Shown here: piece after piece, positions 34,953-47,661 of the stretch
How the letters are laid out: each line of letters begins with the position of its first letter
How positions within the stretch are numbered: position 1 is the stretch's first letter
Source: Neodothiora populina
Lineage: Eukaryota
NCBI RefSeq assembly: GCF_041146345.1
Contig: NW_027191404.1
Span: 1,054,001 to 1,118,000, forward strand
Length of the DNA stretch: 64,000 bases
Direction: 5' to 3'
Translations under genes and position numbers: made by a program
The notes under the pieces: generated by a model
Database searches by the model: none
What the model saw: only the letters and a program-made list of their open reading frames with translations
What the model was told of the DNA's origin: nothing

Positions 34953-37718
34953 CTAAACAACATCGTCATCGCCACCCTCTCCAGCATCATCAACATCTTC
35001 AAGACCATGGAAGGCATCTCCAAACGCCGAATTGTCCATGTCTTCGAAGCCCGTCTCTCCCACTCCACCCACTAGATCATCGTCGTCGTCGTCGTTGTTG
35101 TTGTTATTGTCGGCTGCTGCTGCTGCTGCTGCTGCTGAGTCTCTGGCTGAGTCTCCGGCTGTTGCGTTGTCGCCGCCGGTAACTTGCTGAGTACTACCCC
35201 CATCTGCAGGAGCAGTGGCGGTAGAAGCAGAAGCAGAAGCAGAGCCGCCGAAATCACCAGCTCCTCCGTTATTGTTGTCGTCGTCTTCATCATTGCTTCC
35301 GAAATCTAGCAACAAGTGGTCGGTTGGCGTGTCTCCGAAGTCAGGGAAATCTGAGGGGGTTATTCCTTGTTGAGAGGTTGCGGTTTGGGCTTGTTCTTGC
35401 TGGGGTTCTTGTTGGGGTTCGGATTTTGTCTTTGGGTCTGCTGTGGTTGGTTGGGGTGCTGATGGTTCAGACGCGGATTGTGCTGTTGTTGTGGTTGTTG
35501 TGGCTCGGGGTGAGGATGTAGAGGGTTGAGCTGAAGTTGATGGGTCTGCGGCTCTGGTGGGGGCTGAGTCGTCTGCTGGTGCGGTTTCTGGTATACTCGC
35601 TGCTGGCTGTTGAGGAGCTGAAGCAGAGGCAGAAGAAGATGACTGATTGGCAGACGCAGAGGGAGCACTCGGCTGCTGCTGCTGTCCAGACTCGGCTGTT
35701 GCTGCTAGCGCCGCGGTCATCGTGGTCGCACCAGCAGCAGCACCAGAAGGAGAAGAAGGACGAGCACTGGTAGCATCATTGCTCGTGTTGTCTGGCTTCG
35801 GCGGCGAAATACCTTCTTCTTCGTCTCCCATGTCGAAGTTCAGCGCTGACGCATCCACGTCCATGTCCATGTTCAGGTCATCCATCAGCGAGTCGTCCAT
35901 CATGGCTTCGTTGCTTCCCATTGTCGTGTCGTTTTGTGCAGCGCTTGTGTCCAGTTGTCGGGGCGATGGTTGCTGTTGTGAGTTCGCATGTTGATTCTGC
36001 TGTTGTTGCTCTGAACCGCTGTTGGCCTGCTGCAGCTGGGCGTATTGATCTCGCGACTGGTCCGCGGCGGACTGGTCAAGGTCCCCACCCATGTCCATCT
36101 GGACATCTTCTCCCGACCCATTCAGCGCGTCTTGGTTGACAGCAGGCGGAGGCGGAGTGGGAGGGTTGACCTTCTCGCGCAGACCGCCTCTCTCGACGAG
36201 TTCGGCTTCCCTCTGCATCTTGATCGTGCCGCCCAGAGCAGTCTCGATCTCCTTGACCACGTCTTCCGCCGACTCTTTGGCAGCGGGGCGCGAGTCGCCG
36301 TGACCGAAGGCAGCCCTGTCGAGTCGCCAGATCTCGTTGCCGATGTCAGAGGGATCCCAAGGGGCGTTTCGGAGCCTCTTCTCTGCCTGCAGCAAAGACT
36401 TGCTCTTCTTCAAACCCGCCATCTTCCTGGCGTGATCTTGCTTCATGCGCTCCAGCTCGGCCTGTCCCTTCTCCATGTGTGCCTTGACTCTCTTCTCGAA
36501 CTCCTGCAGCTGCTCGGGAGTGATCTTTTTGTAAGAGGAGGGAGGTCCGTTCTTGGCCAGGGCGGACTCTGCCTCGTAGGAGGGTAGGCCCATGAGGCCG
36601 TCAGTGAGACCGGCCAGCTCACCCATCAATCCAAAGCCGAGATCGGCAGGGATGATGGCGCCGGCGGCGTAAGGCGAAGAAAAGACTTCCTCCATCCACT
36701 CGTGGTGCTGCATGTAGCGGGTCAAGCTGATGTCGCGCTGAGTGAGATGGTCGAGGATGTCTCCGTAAGTGGCATCCTCCTCGTCTTCGAAGCTCGTGTC
36801 GCGAGGGGCCATGACAGCGGGGTTGGCGGCAGGAGGCATCTGAGGCGGCGGGTGCTGTCGCTGGCGCTTGGCTGGCGAGGGTCCGGCAGCTGCAGCTTGT
36901 TGGGCGGCTTGCTGAGCGGCCTGCTGTTGATAGAAATGACCAGAAAGTCTCGGTTTGCCGACATGAGCCATTGGGTTCTGACCGTGTAATCCAGGGTTAT
37001 ATACTGGGCCAGGGACACCGCCTCCCCTACCGGGCATCTGCAGGTGAGGCCACTTCTCGCGATCGTGCAACATGAAAGCCTGTTGCTCCAGACGACCCTG
37101 GCTCTCTATCCACTGTCGCTCGTTGAGTTGTTGACGCACCTGTGGCGAGAGCATGACCTGGTTGATGGGGATGCAGTTCTGCGGCTCAGCCTGCGAATAG
37201 TGCACGACCCACAGACTGGGATCCGGCGGCAGGGCAGTGACACTGGGGTTCTTGTGGAGGAATCGATAGCGACTGCGGGAGTGGCAGGATAGCTGGTCGA
37301 TGCCGGGTCTGTAGCCGCTCTGATGCGTCGCTATCTCCACCGTGTAGCCTCCAAAGTCGCGGGTGAAGCGATGTTCCTGGTCTGCCCAGACATAACCGTC
37401 CGTGGGGAAAGCAGTGGGCATGCGCCCGCCGATCCAGGTCAGGAAGATGGTGCCGTCGTTTGGTCCGGCAAGGTACTGCCATTGCATGGGGGCGATCTGC
37501 TTGACGACCTTTGGCGCTTCGAAGAGCACGGCGTAGGCCTGGTCCATGCCGAACTGTTGCGTCGGCGGGTATTTGTTGGCCGAGATGAGGTGCACATGAG
37601 GGAGCTGCGAACGTGTGAGTGTCTCGAGTCGCGCTCAACAGCATGCGCAAGTGCAAGTGAAAGTGAAAGTGACACGACATACGAGTTGGGGAGGAACTCC
37701 CTGGGTAGGATCTTGCAT
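34953..37718 (-). CDS. ssr4: SWI/SNF and RSC subunit Ssr4 (DUF1750)
   Basis: Exon 1 MQDPTQGVPPQL, intron 37604-37682, then LPHVHLIS, FPTDGYVWAD, DPSLWVVHY, GDILDHLTQRDISLTRYMQHHEWMEEVFSSPY. Long low-complexity tail. Confidence 0.88.
35077..35136. repeat. Compound trinucleotide microsatellite (TCR)n-(TTG)n-(GCT)n inside ssr4
   Basis: Seen directly; encodes poly-Ala, poly-Asn and poly-Asp runs. Confidence 0.85.
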
Positions 37719-38997
37719 GGTGTCGATGTGATGCTGTGCCCGTCGCGCGGCGCACACTCTGTAGGCGCGTCTTTAGTCGTTTGGTATAGACGAGATGCAG
37801 GATAGATAGCAGAAGAGCCACAATTATTGTCTAATCAATCGTCGAAGCTCAAGATCTGGGCAAAGTGGTGATCTTGGCAAATTGAAGGACCAGCGATTGA
37901 CGTCTCGATGGAGTTGATATGATGGAATTATGGATTGGATATAGTAATACCACCTCTCCACATGAAGACGATGCGGATGCGCCAACAAGACGCGACAAAG
38001 TGACAAGACTCCAAGAGGCAGAGAGCTTCTGCTGTTTCTGCCGAACCTCAACCGACGGGCACGGACCAAGATAAGAGTCATACAGTGCGGTGCCTGTATG
38101 ATATATCCTCGACGGCTCCCCCCACACACTTCTCTCTCCTTCTTCTCTCATCCAAGTGCACCGTCAACTCGCAGATCAGTGAGGATTCGTCCGAGATCGT
38201 CTCTTCCGAGTTGATCAACGGCTGAAGCTTATCGACCGAGTGTGCACTGCTCCTGTCGGCCTTATTCAGTCGACGGGGAATTTTTGAACACACGTTTTTG
38301 CACACTTGCTAGTAGAATCTCTGTTGAAGCTGCAAGTAGCGTAAAGGAAGAACCAAGAAAGAGAGAGAGAGTCGATCTACCTTTTCATCGATGCTTCTCG
38401 CAAGACAACCAGACAAGTCTTGCGGGACTTTGAAGAAGTGAAACGGTCACCTTTTCCGATCCATACATAGTCTTGCCCTATCATGATGATTAGATGCTCT
38501 CTATGCCATCGATGCAGTGTGTGACCCATCATGAATAAGCTGACTGTCTTCTACCCCGTCCGTCACGCTCACTGCTACAGCACCATCGGCCCATATCATG
38601 ACAAAAACGCAAGTGGCTGGCAAACTTATTACGAGCTTGAGACTCCGCTGCCGAACCTTGAAAAAGCAACACTTCTCGTCCCATTGCTCGGGGGAAGCGT
38701 GTTAGTAAAAAGACCGAAAACTCCTCGTGAGTCCGACGTGAGCCAATATAACCAATGTCCAAGCAACAAGAAAGCAATCGTGAGGAGAAAACACAACAAA
38801 AGGGGGAATTGGAGAAGAAAAAGAAAAAGAAAAAAACACCAAACTCCTCGCCGTCGACCCCCAGCCATCGTTGACTCCATGTCCTCGTGAATCCCTAATC
38901 ACTGTCTTGCCTGTGAGAAAACTCCATCCGAATCCGCAATGCCCGTAACGCCTCGTCGACATTCAATGAAAGCAACGTGTCAGTCGAGACCCCAGGC

Positions 38998-40320
38998 TCA
39001 AGCATCGTCGTCGTCATCATGATCATCATCATCGTCATCCTCCTCGGTCGTGGTCGTCGTATCATCTGCCTGGTAGGAGATAGTAATCTGTGCTACCAGT
39101 TGTTCGAGATCCTTGAGGGTGAACCCATTAAATCCGGGCCTGGCCTGCATGTCTTGAATGATTGGTACCAATCTGGCTCTGTAAAATCCATATTAGCGAG
39201 AGCGCCATTATTTCTCCTCATCAGACTCATCTTACTTCATCGCTGTGCACATCCAGGTCTCTGTTTCAGCCACCGCCTCCGGACCCTCTGTACAGTTGAC
39301 TGTGATGCTACCACCTGCCCGCTTGGAAAAAGCAATCTCAATGGTGGCAAAATGTGCTGCTTCCTTGTCCAGGATGTCAAAGCTGACGTCTCGAATGGCA
39401 AGATCGAGTAGCTTGCACTTCTGGACATGAGCCACCTGATTCGGGCAGATAGTCGCGGGCTTATAAGCCGTATGGTACTGAGCAGGATCAAGCGCTTCTC
39501 CATATGTGTGTGCCATATGTAAATGTCCCCTGAAAGAGTTGATAGCAAAGTACACCGGCAAGGCTTCCTCGCGCACCTGCCGATTCACACGGAGCAGACC
39601 AGGAATTTCCATGGTGCGAAGGCTGATACGCTCAGACTTCTTGAGGGCGGTGACATAGATCTGGTCGCGCAGCTCGCGTGGCATTTGAAGCAGCTGCATC
39701 CTTGGCTCACGATGTGCTTTGTCGATGGCATCTGCCACAGTCAAGAATCTATTGGCGCATTTCCGCTTGTACGGCTGCACTTCGAGCTGTCTATCAGAAG
39801 GATCGGTAGCGGTCCGCTTCGAAGGTAGCAGCAAAGGAGATCCGCTTCGAATACCCAAGTGGAATGTGGGGGACAGAAGGTCAAGGTCCTCCTTCGCCAA
39901 CCCCATTGCTTGAGTTCCATCCGTTCCTGTAGCGACAAGGGTCAGGGCCTTAGGGCTAGACACCGGACTAGGAGCAGTCGCAGAAACCTTCCCGATGTAA
40001 TCGAAGATGCCTTTACCTTGATTCGATACAGCTTCTGCGAGGGGTGTCTCCGCATCGTTTCTGGCGGCCTTGAGTGACCCAGCGCTTGATTTGACCCAAG
40101 CGGGAGGAGCGTATAAATCAGCGAAGACTATCTGGGGATCCACTAGCTGAGCCTCATTACATGGTGACGCCTCACCGACACCGGTCATCATGGCATCCTC
40201 GGTAGACAACATGGCTGGCAGAAATTCTTCGAGTGATTCCATGGATGTCATTCCAGGCGATAAGCTTTCAATCAGAGGGTCTGGCTGAAGGAGTTCAGAA
40301 GAGATGGTGAAGATGTCCAT
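38998..40320 (-). CDS. Uncharacterised protein with F-box-like LxxLPxELRxxIY motif and acidic tail
   Basis: LLQMPRELRDQIY...PGLLRVNRQVREEALPVYFAINSF. Intron about 39179-39235; exon 2 ARLVPIIQDMQARPGFNGFTLKDLEQLV...EEDDDDDDHDDDDDA*. Confidence 0.72.
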
Positions 40321-40610
40321 TTTCCGGTAGGCAGCCGATTACCATAAATGGTCCCTTTATCGACTAGTATCAGTATACCTATGGATGACCACTTCATCCT
40401 CTTCTCACCTTTTTTTCGCCCAGAGTCTAGGAATGAGCGCACCAGTGCTCCAGTACAGATCTTTGATGAGCGAATGTGTTAGAGAATGTCTGGTTTGTTA
40501 GCAGTGTGAAGCTGGGACAGCACCTGCTGTGAAGTGGGGTGCTGGTGGATGACCTCGTGCAATTGCGGGATGCCGAATGCTTGGGACGATCGGTAGCCGA
40601 ACGCCGATGA

Positions 40611-40645
40611 CCCAACCCATCCCAGCCCAACCCAACCCAGCCCAA
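40611..40645 (+). repeat. Pentamer tandem repeat (CCCAD)x7
   Basis: cccaa cccat cccag cccaa cccaa cccag cccaa, intergenic. Confidence 0.85.
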
Positions 40646-40882
40646 TCATCAGTAGCATCGATTGAGTAACAAATGAATAAGAATAATAGGAAAGGTCGAA
40701 TAATCTACCTACCGTGGGTGACTCTTACCTTGAGTAAGCTTGAAGCGCGCGCATGCGGCGACGCACGGTTTTTGTCATACCAGACATAAAGTACCTTACT
40801 GGGCACTCACCGTCATGTACGTCAGATATAGACAGAACGACTTCAAGACAAATTGTGAAGAAGACGGCATGAACATGATAGT

Positions 40883-42749
40883 TCACGCCCGCTTTTTCAT
40901 TTGAACTGGCTGTACTGTGACCCAATTCTTGTCCTCAACCGCTACTTCGAGGCCGGTTTTCCGCTCGTCGCGCAGTTCTCGTACAACCTCCCATGCACTC
41001 CTCAGGCAGTCATTGACTCCAACACCCCTAAACCAATTTCCCGCAACTCTGAGACGTCCAGAGAACCGGTCAAGGAGTTCGGCATGCACGTTTTTCAACT
41101 TGTCCTCGTAGCCGACGGTATACTGAGGAATGCAGTCTTTGGCCAGGGAGACCCCCGTTGCTGCTGGCGGCTCGGTTATCCCGAGGTGCCGCTGTACAAC
41201 CGACAGTGCCATTTCTACACCTTCTTCTTCTGAAGGGTAGGCATTCCAGGCATCCCAATAATGCCCACCAAGCATGACAGTCACTTTGGTTCCCCGGTTT
41301 GACACAGTATCCTGCATCGGTCCAACGATATGGCCATCGTCTTCGGTTGCGGCGGAATAGCCGTCGTCAAAGACAACACCGAGCGCGCGCTCTGGATTCT
41401 GTTCAATGGAAGTGGCCAGGGGTATCAGATAACCAAAACCTGGAGGGTGCAAATTAGGGGTGCGGAAGTAGAGATTGACGGTCATGACCGTAGGTGCGTA
41501 TCCGATGCTGTGCAGGCCGTAGTTGCCGACACCCGGCTTGTCGAGCACTTGACGCAGATGCTTTGGAGACAGAGAAGAGATGACATGGGTATGAGTTGCA
41601 GGCTCGCCCGTACCATCTACCCACAGCTTCACGGCATCCCCTTCGTTATCGATCGATTTGATGGGCGTATTGGTTAAGAAGGTGACATTGTGTCTTCCTC
41701 GAAGATCCTCTTTGAGCGCATCGACAAGCTGCTGAAGGCCGTTGCGGAAAGTGAAAACGCTGGACTTCATCAGGTTTTTCTTGAACTGTTTGTCGAAAGG
41801 AAATGGCTTTTGCATGAGCTCCAAAAAATTAGCCTCGCGCATGGGTATCTTCGGACCATCGCCAAAGCTCTGCAAGAAGCCGAGGGTCAAGCTTCCAGAC
41901 TCGCCCTCGAGTCTGAACAGGTTTGAGAAAAGGGCTTTCATGCTGAGTTTGTAGACATCACCAGCATAGATACCGTGCATGACGGCAGAGAGCACGCGGT
42001 CTACCATGTTCTTGCCGAGACGTCTTTTGAAGAAATGGCCCACGGATTCGTCAACGACATCGCTATCTCGCGTCCTTACGAAGTGCTCGAACAGGATCTT
42101 TGACATCAAGCCGCGGAAAGCATCTTCGTGGACAAATGAATCACCAATCACGTTGACGTTCTCCCATAGGCTCTTGCTGGGATCTGGTTGAGGCACACGC
42201 ACGAGATGATCGGGATAATAGATGTAGCGATTGGTGGCAGCAGGTGCGGTCTTTAAAGTGAAGATGGTCTCGTCCTGCAGGCCAAGCTCACTAATCTGCG
42301 GAGCGGACGCATTAGTGAATTGCAGCTTTCAATACTCGTAGATATCTCACCATTCGTGCAGCAAGAATGCCATTGCCAGCAGGCCGTAATGTGCGCGGGC
42401 CCTTCTCGAAGAGGATTTCTCCATCGTCAATGGGGACCTTGACAGATTCTAGCCAGCCACCAACTCGAGATCCAGCCTCGTAAACAGTGATTTTGGTGGC
42501 AGGCAAAGATTGCGAGAGATAATACGCAGTCGCTAATCCAGTAATGCCACTTCCGAGGATCGCGACATCTTTCGGTTCGGTCGAAGAGCTGTAATGTCTG
42601 CTTGTGAGAAGTCAGTAAAGTGAATCCGTGAAGGCGTTCCTTCCGACCTCGACTCACCTAAAACGCGTTGTGACTGGTTTGCACAATATGGCCGACCCGT
42701 ATGGCGGCAGTCTTGCAACGTTCCTCAGCCCATGTCTACCTTTCAGCAT
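40883..42749 (-). CDS. HEM14: Protoporphyrinogen oxidase, mitochondrial
   Basis: Basic presequence; VAILGSGITGLATAYYL, FEKGPRTLRP, NRYIYYPDHL, HGIYAGD, GFGYLIP, CIPQYTVG, GVGVNDC. Two introns. Confidence 0.95.
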
Positions 42750-43344
42750 TGCTGCATCACCTAGTTGCCCGAATTCTAGATACAACTACTGATAATGGGC
42801 CACAAGGACGAGCGTGCGGGTTTCCTTTCCAATAACAGTACGCGTACAAGTGAAATAATGGGCAAGTCGTAACGCTCGTACGATGTCATGGGAGACCAAT
42901 CAGACCACGCCAAGAACGACGGTGTACAGTATGTCCGGCCGAGGTCCGATGGCGGAGAGCGTCCGTCCGACTCTATACTGATTACCTTACTGAATATCAT
43001 CGTTCTTGTGCAGCATTGCACTTGTAGTATGTCTTCGGCCTTTGATCCTGGTTCCTTATATGGCGTAGGTCATTGACCATGAGCGGATTGGAACAACAGC
43101 ATTGTGAGAGCAATGATCACATCGTCTTTTCGGACTTGCCGTGAAATCTGTACCTAGGCTCCAGTATGGAACTGTAGTCATTCACGAAGATGGTGAGGTT
43201 CATGTCTGACTCGTGTGAGCTGCCAAGACTGCAGGTCCTATCGATAAGGAATTTCTGCGCCAAACTCGAATGTCTTAATGGCGCAGAAAGAAAGATTATC
43301 TCCTCCTACTCAAGATACACACCCTCTTCCACACACTATACGCA

Positions 43345-45237
43345 ATGGCACGAACGAAGAAGAGCAAGCCAGGGGCTGCCAGGCGACAGGCGGAAAAGTC
43401 AAAAGTCGACTCCATGGCCAAACCGATCGCCGTTCAGACCAAGGATGACTCGGCCAGTGAGGCCTCAGACATTGAAGCAGCCACCGACTATGCTCTCCAG
43501 AACGACGATGACATGAGCGTCGACGAGAAGAGCGAGGGAGAGGAAGAGCTGGAAAAGGCCGTGTTCGGAGACAGCGTGGGCTTCCGGGACGGGCTGCGGG
43601 CCTTTGCGAATGCGGATCAAGAGGCGGATTCTGATGTGGCTGAAGAAGATCAAGAAGCAGGCGCTGGACTCGAGGGCATTGCCGACTCGGATCTGTTCTT
43701 TACTGATGTCGGCCCTGGAGCTGACTCTCAGGCGCTTGTGCCAGTGGCGGCTGGTGACGAAGAGTCAGACGTCGAGGCAGCCGCTGAAGGACACGCTGCG
43801 GCTTGGCAAGACAGCGACGACGAGAGGATGGTTGTCTCTCTGGCCTCGGTGCCGCGACTACGAAAACTAAGGAGGACTGAAGCTGAAGATGTCATTTCCG
43901 GCAAGGACTACGTGCGACGACTACGCAAGCATTTCGAGATGCTCAACCCCACCCCGGACTGGGCCAGACATGCCACGCAGAAACCTGCTCGAAAGAAGAG
44001 AAGAATGACTCAGGACGGCGAGGCTTCAGAGGGTCATGTGTCCTCGGATGACGACGATATGGATGTGGACGAGGATGGAGAGCTGTCCGTCGACCCTCTG
44101 TCTCGTTTGTTGCAAGACACCAGCAGTCTTGTCCGGCAGGGTGACACTTCTACAAATGGTAGAAAACGCAAGCTCCGTCCCGAGGTCTTGGATGTCCAAC
44201 GCACAAAGGACATTCCCGGCGTGCAACCTTCAGCCATCACTTCGCTGTCCTTCCACTCTTCTCTGCCTCTTCTTCTCTCCTCTGGACCCTCCAGCACCCT
44301 CTATCTCCATCACATTGTCAACTCGCCTCCTGCGCCCTCACCCAACCCGCTGCTGACCTCCCTCCACATCCGCAGAACCCCACTGACGACGACCGCCTTC
44401 CACCCCTCGGACTCCCGCATCTTCCTCGGTGCTCGTCGCCGCTACTTCCACGTCTGGAACCTCGACACAGGCAAAATCGAGAAGATCGCGCGCATCTACG
44501 GCCAGCAGCACGAACAGCGCAGCATGGAGCACTTCAAGCTGTCGCCCGACGGCCGCTACATGGCTCTCCAGGGCTCCGCACGAAAAGGCGGCGGCGTAAT
44601 CAACATCCTCGACGCCTACACCCTGCAGTGGAACAGCCAAGTGCGCATCGAGAGCCGCGGCGGCGTCGCCGACTTCGCCTGGTGGCGCGACAGCAGGGGC
44701 ATGTCCGTGGCCGGCAAGAACGGCGAAGTCACAGAGTGGAGCATCGGCGAGCAACGCGCGGTGGCGCGCTGGCAGGACGAAGGAGCAGTGGGCACGACGA
44801 CGATCGCGCTGGGCGGCGACAACGGCCAGACGGGCTCGGCCATCGGGAAAGACCGCTGGGTCGCAGTGGGCAGCTCGAGCGGCGTCGTGAATATCTACGA
44901 CCGTCGCGCCTGGCTTGTTTCTCCCAAGACCACTTCGTCAACTGACAACGACCCTGTGCCTCCGCACCCCAAGCCCACGAGAACACTAGACCAGCTCACG
45001 ACGCCGACCTCGCACTTGGCTTTCGCCCCGGACGGCCAATTACTCGTCGTCGCGAGCAGGTGGAAGAAGGACGCCCTGAGACTGGTGCACTTGCCTACGT
45101 GCACCGTGTACAAGAACTGGCCGACGAGCAATACGCCTCTAGGCAAGATCACTGGTGTGGCGTTTGCGCCGGGCAGTGATGCGCTTGCTGTCGCTAATGA
45201 GGCTGGTAAGATTCGATTGTGGGAGATTAGGCCTTGA
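43345..45237 (+). CDS. UTP18: U3 snoRNA-associated protein Utp18 (WD40)
   Basis: ELEKAVFGD, AWQDSDDE, RLRKLR, WD repeats and C-terminal LRLVHLPTCTVYKNWPTSNTPLG. Intronless. Confidence 0.92.
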   Translation: MARTKKSKPGAARRQAEKSKVDSMAKPIAVQTKDDSASEASDIEAATDYALQNDDDMSVDEKSEGEEELEKAVFGDSVGFRDGLRAFANADQEADSDVAEEDQEAGAGLEGIADSDLFFTDVGPGADSQALVPVAAGDEESDVEAAAEGHAAAWQDSDDERMVVSLASVPRLRKLRRTEAEDVISGKDYVRRLRKHFEMLNPTPDWARHATQKPARKKRRMTQDGEASEGHVSSDDDDMDVDEDGELSVDPLSRLLQDTSSLVRQGDTSTNGRKRKLRPEVLDVQRTKDIPGVQPSAITSLSFHSSLPLLLSSGPSSTLYLHHIVNSPPAPSPNPLLTSLHIRRTPLTTTAFHPSDSRIFLGARRRYFHVWNLDTGKIEKIARIYGQQHEQRSMEHFKLSPDGRYMALQGSARKGGGVINILDAYTLQWNSQVRIESRGGVADFAWWRDSRGMSVAGKNGEVTEWSIGEQRAVARWQDEGAVGTTTIALGGDNGQTGSAIGKDRWVAVGSSSGVVNIYDRRAWLVSPKTTSSTDNDPVPPHPKPTRTLDQLTTPTSHLAFAPDGQLLVVASRWKKDALRLVHLPTCTVYKNWPTSNTPLGKITGVAFAPGSDALAVANEAGKIRLWEIRP

Positions 45238-45567
45238 GGATAGACGGACGGGCATGGCTTGTTGTTGTCTGAAAGGAGTCCCATCACGAAAGAGAGCTCT
45301 TGGTAATAGGAAAGCGAATTACTTAGGCAGAGAACTATGCCTCACACTTTCAGACTTTGTTGTTGCTCACGACTTGGAAACTACGTTGCATGTCTATATG
45401 AGGGCTGGGTAGTTCCGAGTGATTGTAATGTTTCCATTGGGGGGATCTTCGTTTAATGTGGAGTCCCTCCTTTAGCCCCTCCTTTGTCATTATATTCAAG
45501 ATTTATATCGAGTCATCGATGTATATCCATTGCAACAAAAAGCCCAGGCCCCCGCGCTCATTGCTCC

Positions 45568-46844
45568 TCACAATCCCAACCGACTTATATCAGCACTCGT
45601 CCTGCGTCCCTCGACCAGCTCCGCCGTCACTTTGCCAGTACCCAGACTCAGACTAATCCCCCACGGCCCATGACCAGAGCTCAAAAACACACCACCCTCG
45701 GGAAACCTCGGGCCTCCAAGCTTCTCGTCTTCGATCCTCGAAATAAACGGCGTTCCCTTTGCGGATGCCGGACGCGAACATAGCCCTTTTCGTAGAATAA
45801 TAAGATCGTCCGACTGACCAGGAGGCACGCCGACGAGTTTCCGCGACGCGACCAGCAGCCGCTCTATAGATGCGTCGTCAGGAGCAAAGTCAGTAGGCCG
45901 CTCCGGAAGAGGCAACTCTGCATGATTGAGGCCACCGCACCATATCTCCTCGCCTGGCCGCGAGAAGATCTCGGGGGAAAGGTCGTCGTCGGAGTCCGTG
46001 GTGAACACTGCGTGGCTGCCGTGGCTTTCGTGCTCTTTGGTCCATCGGGGTGAGCGCACGACGACCGAGTGGCCGGCCAGAGATGAAATGGGGATCTTGG
46101 TAAGGGACTCTGGGAATAGTGTTGCGAAGACTCGTGGCGACCAGCTGCCGGCTGATACCACGAGTTTCGTGCATGGGAGGTGCAGATTGCCTTTTGCTGA
46201 TGAATGCAGCGCTAGACCTGTGATTTCGCCGGACTCGTTGGCTTCGAGGGTCGTGGCGCTGTAGGGGTAGTGTACGTTTACTCCGCGGTTCGTACACTCC
46301 GAGAGGAGAAATTGGCACAACTTGAGCGGATCTCTTTGTGGATGTCTCAGTACATACACATCGATACACTAGTTTTGGAAACTACTTACACTACAGCGGT
46401 CGAGCCAGCCTCGCCGATGATTTCAACAGTACCTTGGTGATGATTCAGCCAACCAGGAAGATCTTTGTCAGCGATCTTCTCAAACTCGGCATTAGCGACT
46501 TGAGCCCGACTGGTCCCGTCTCTGAGCCAGTCGTCGCCTCGCTTGTTGCCTATCACGTCAGGTGGCACATAGTTATAGCCTGACCCAGCCAGATAGTTCC
46601 ACTTCTCACGCCCGCCATGTCTGTCAGCTAGACGCTTGTGCTCGTCGAAGCTCAGCTGGCCGAGGGCAGCAGAGGCAGGAGAGAACCAGTCTGCTGCTAA
46701 GAAGCCCGCTGCGTATCCTGATGCTGAGGCGAAGAGGCGAGGTGATGCGTCCACTAGATGGATATCCGTCGCAAGTATGAGTTCTGATAGGTAGTATGCT
46801 GTTGATACACCGATTACACCAGATCCCAGAATGACGACTGACAT
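45568..46844 (-). CDS. FAD-dependent oxidoreductase, DAO/Tda3-like
   Basis: VILGSGVIGVSTAYYL, ASGYAAGFLA, SPEIFSR, GHGPWGISLSLGTG. Intron 46334-46389. Confidence 0.88.
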
Positions 46845-47661
46845 TCTTTTTCCTATCTCGATATAATATTGGTTACTAGATTGATAATACGAATAAGTTA
46901 CAAAAGGTACTGCTCAGACAAAATTCAAGGACGGTGGTAGCGAAGATGCTCTCAGAGGAGTATCAAAGAGATGGCACAACTCAGTAAAATAACTACAAGT
47001 TGTATGAAACGCAAATGCATTACTCTGACAAAGACTTATCGTCTACCCCCACTTGATATACATATAATGCCCAGCTAAAGTCCTCAGCAAAAGTGGATGC
47101 ACATACCATAAATGGAAGGTACAGGCCGAGGTTCGGCGTCGGCAAGACAAAATGCAGATGCCAAGAGTTATGGTCTACTGTAGTCACTTAATCAGAACAT
47201 CCTACCACAGCATGTTATCTGTGCTGCTCGAGTAACAGGCCAGGAGGTAGTATATTCCATGTCTCATGCAGGCAGAGAGTAGACTCTGTATTGAGAGGCG
47301 ATTGCATGGGTTCTGCAGTATATCAAGCGAGAGTACAATGGATCGGACTTCCAGGTAGTGTACACGGTTTCTCTCCTGATCACGAAGTAACTATCTCACC
47401 TCACTTTCCCTCCTTTTTTATCTCCCTCTCTCGTCATAAAGTCTGTAGACTATCGTGGTCTATAACTTGTCAAGTCTGCAGTACATGAAATTCAGTGGTG
47501 CCGTGATACTGCTCAAGCACGAAGATTGCAGTATCTAAAAGATGAAGCAATTGCGGCAGCAATGATAAGCTAAGAACAGTAAGGTAACACCGTCTTATGC
47601 TCTGGAAAGACAGGCTCATATGGAGCGGTGAGTGGGAATTCACAGCTCACTTCATCACATC

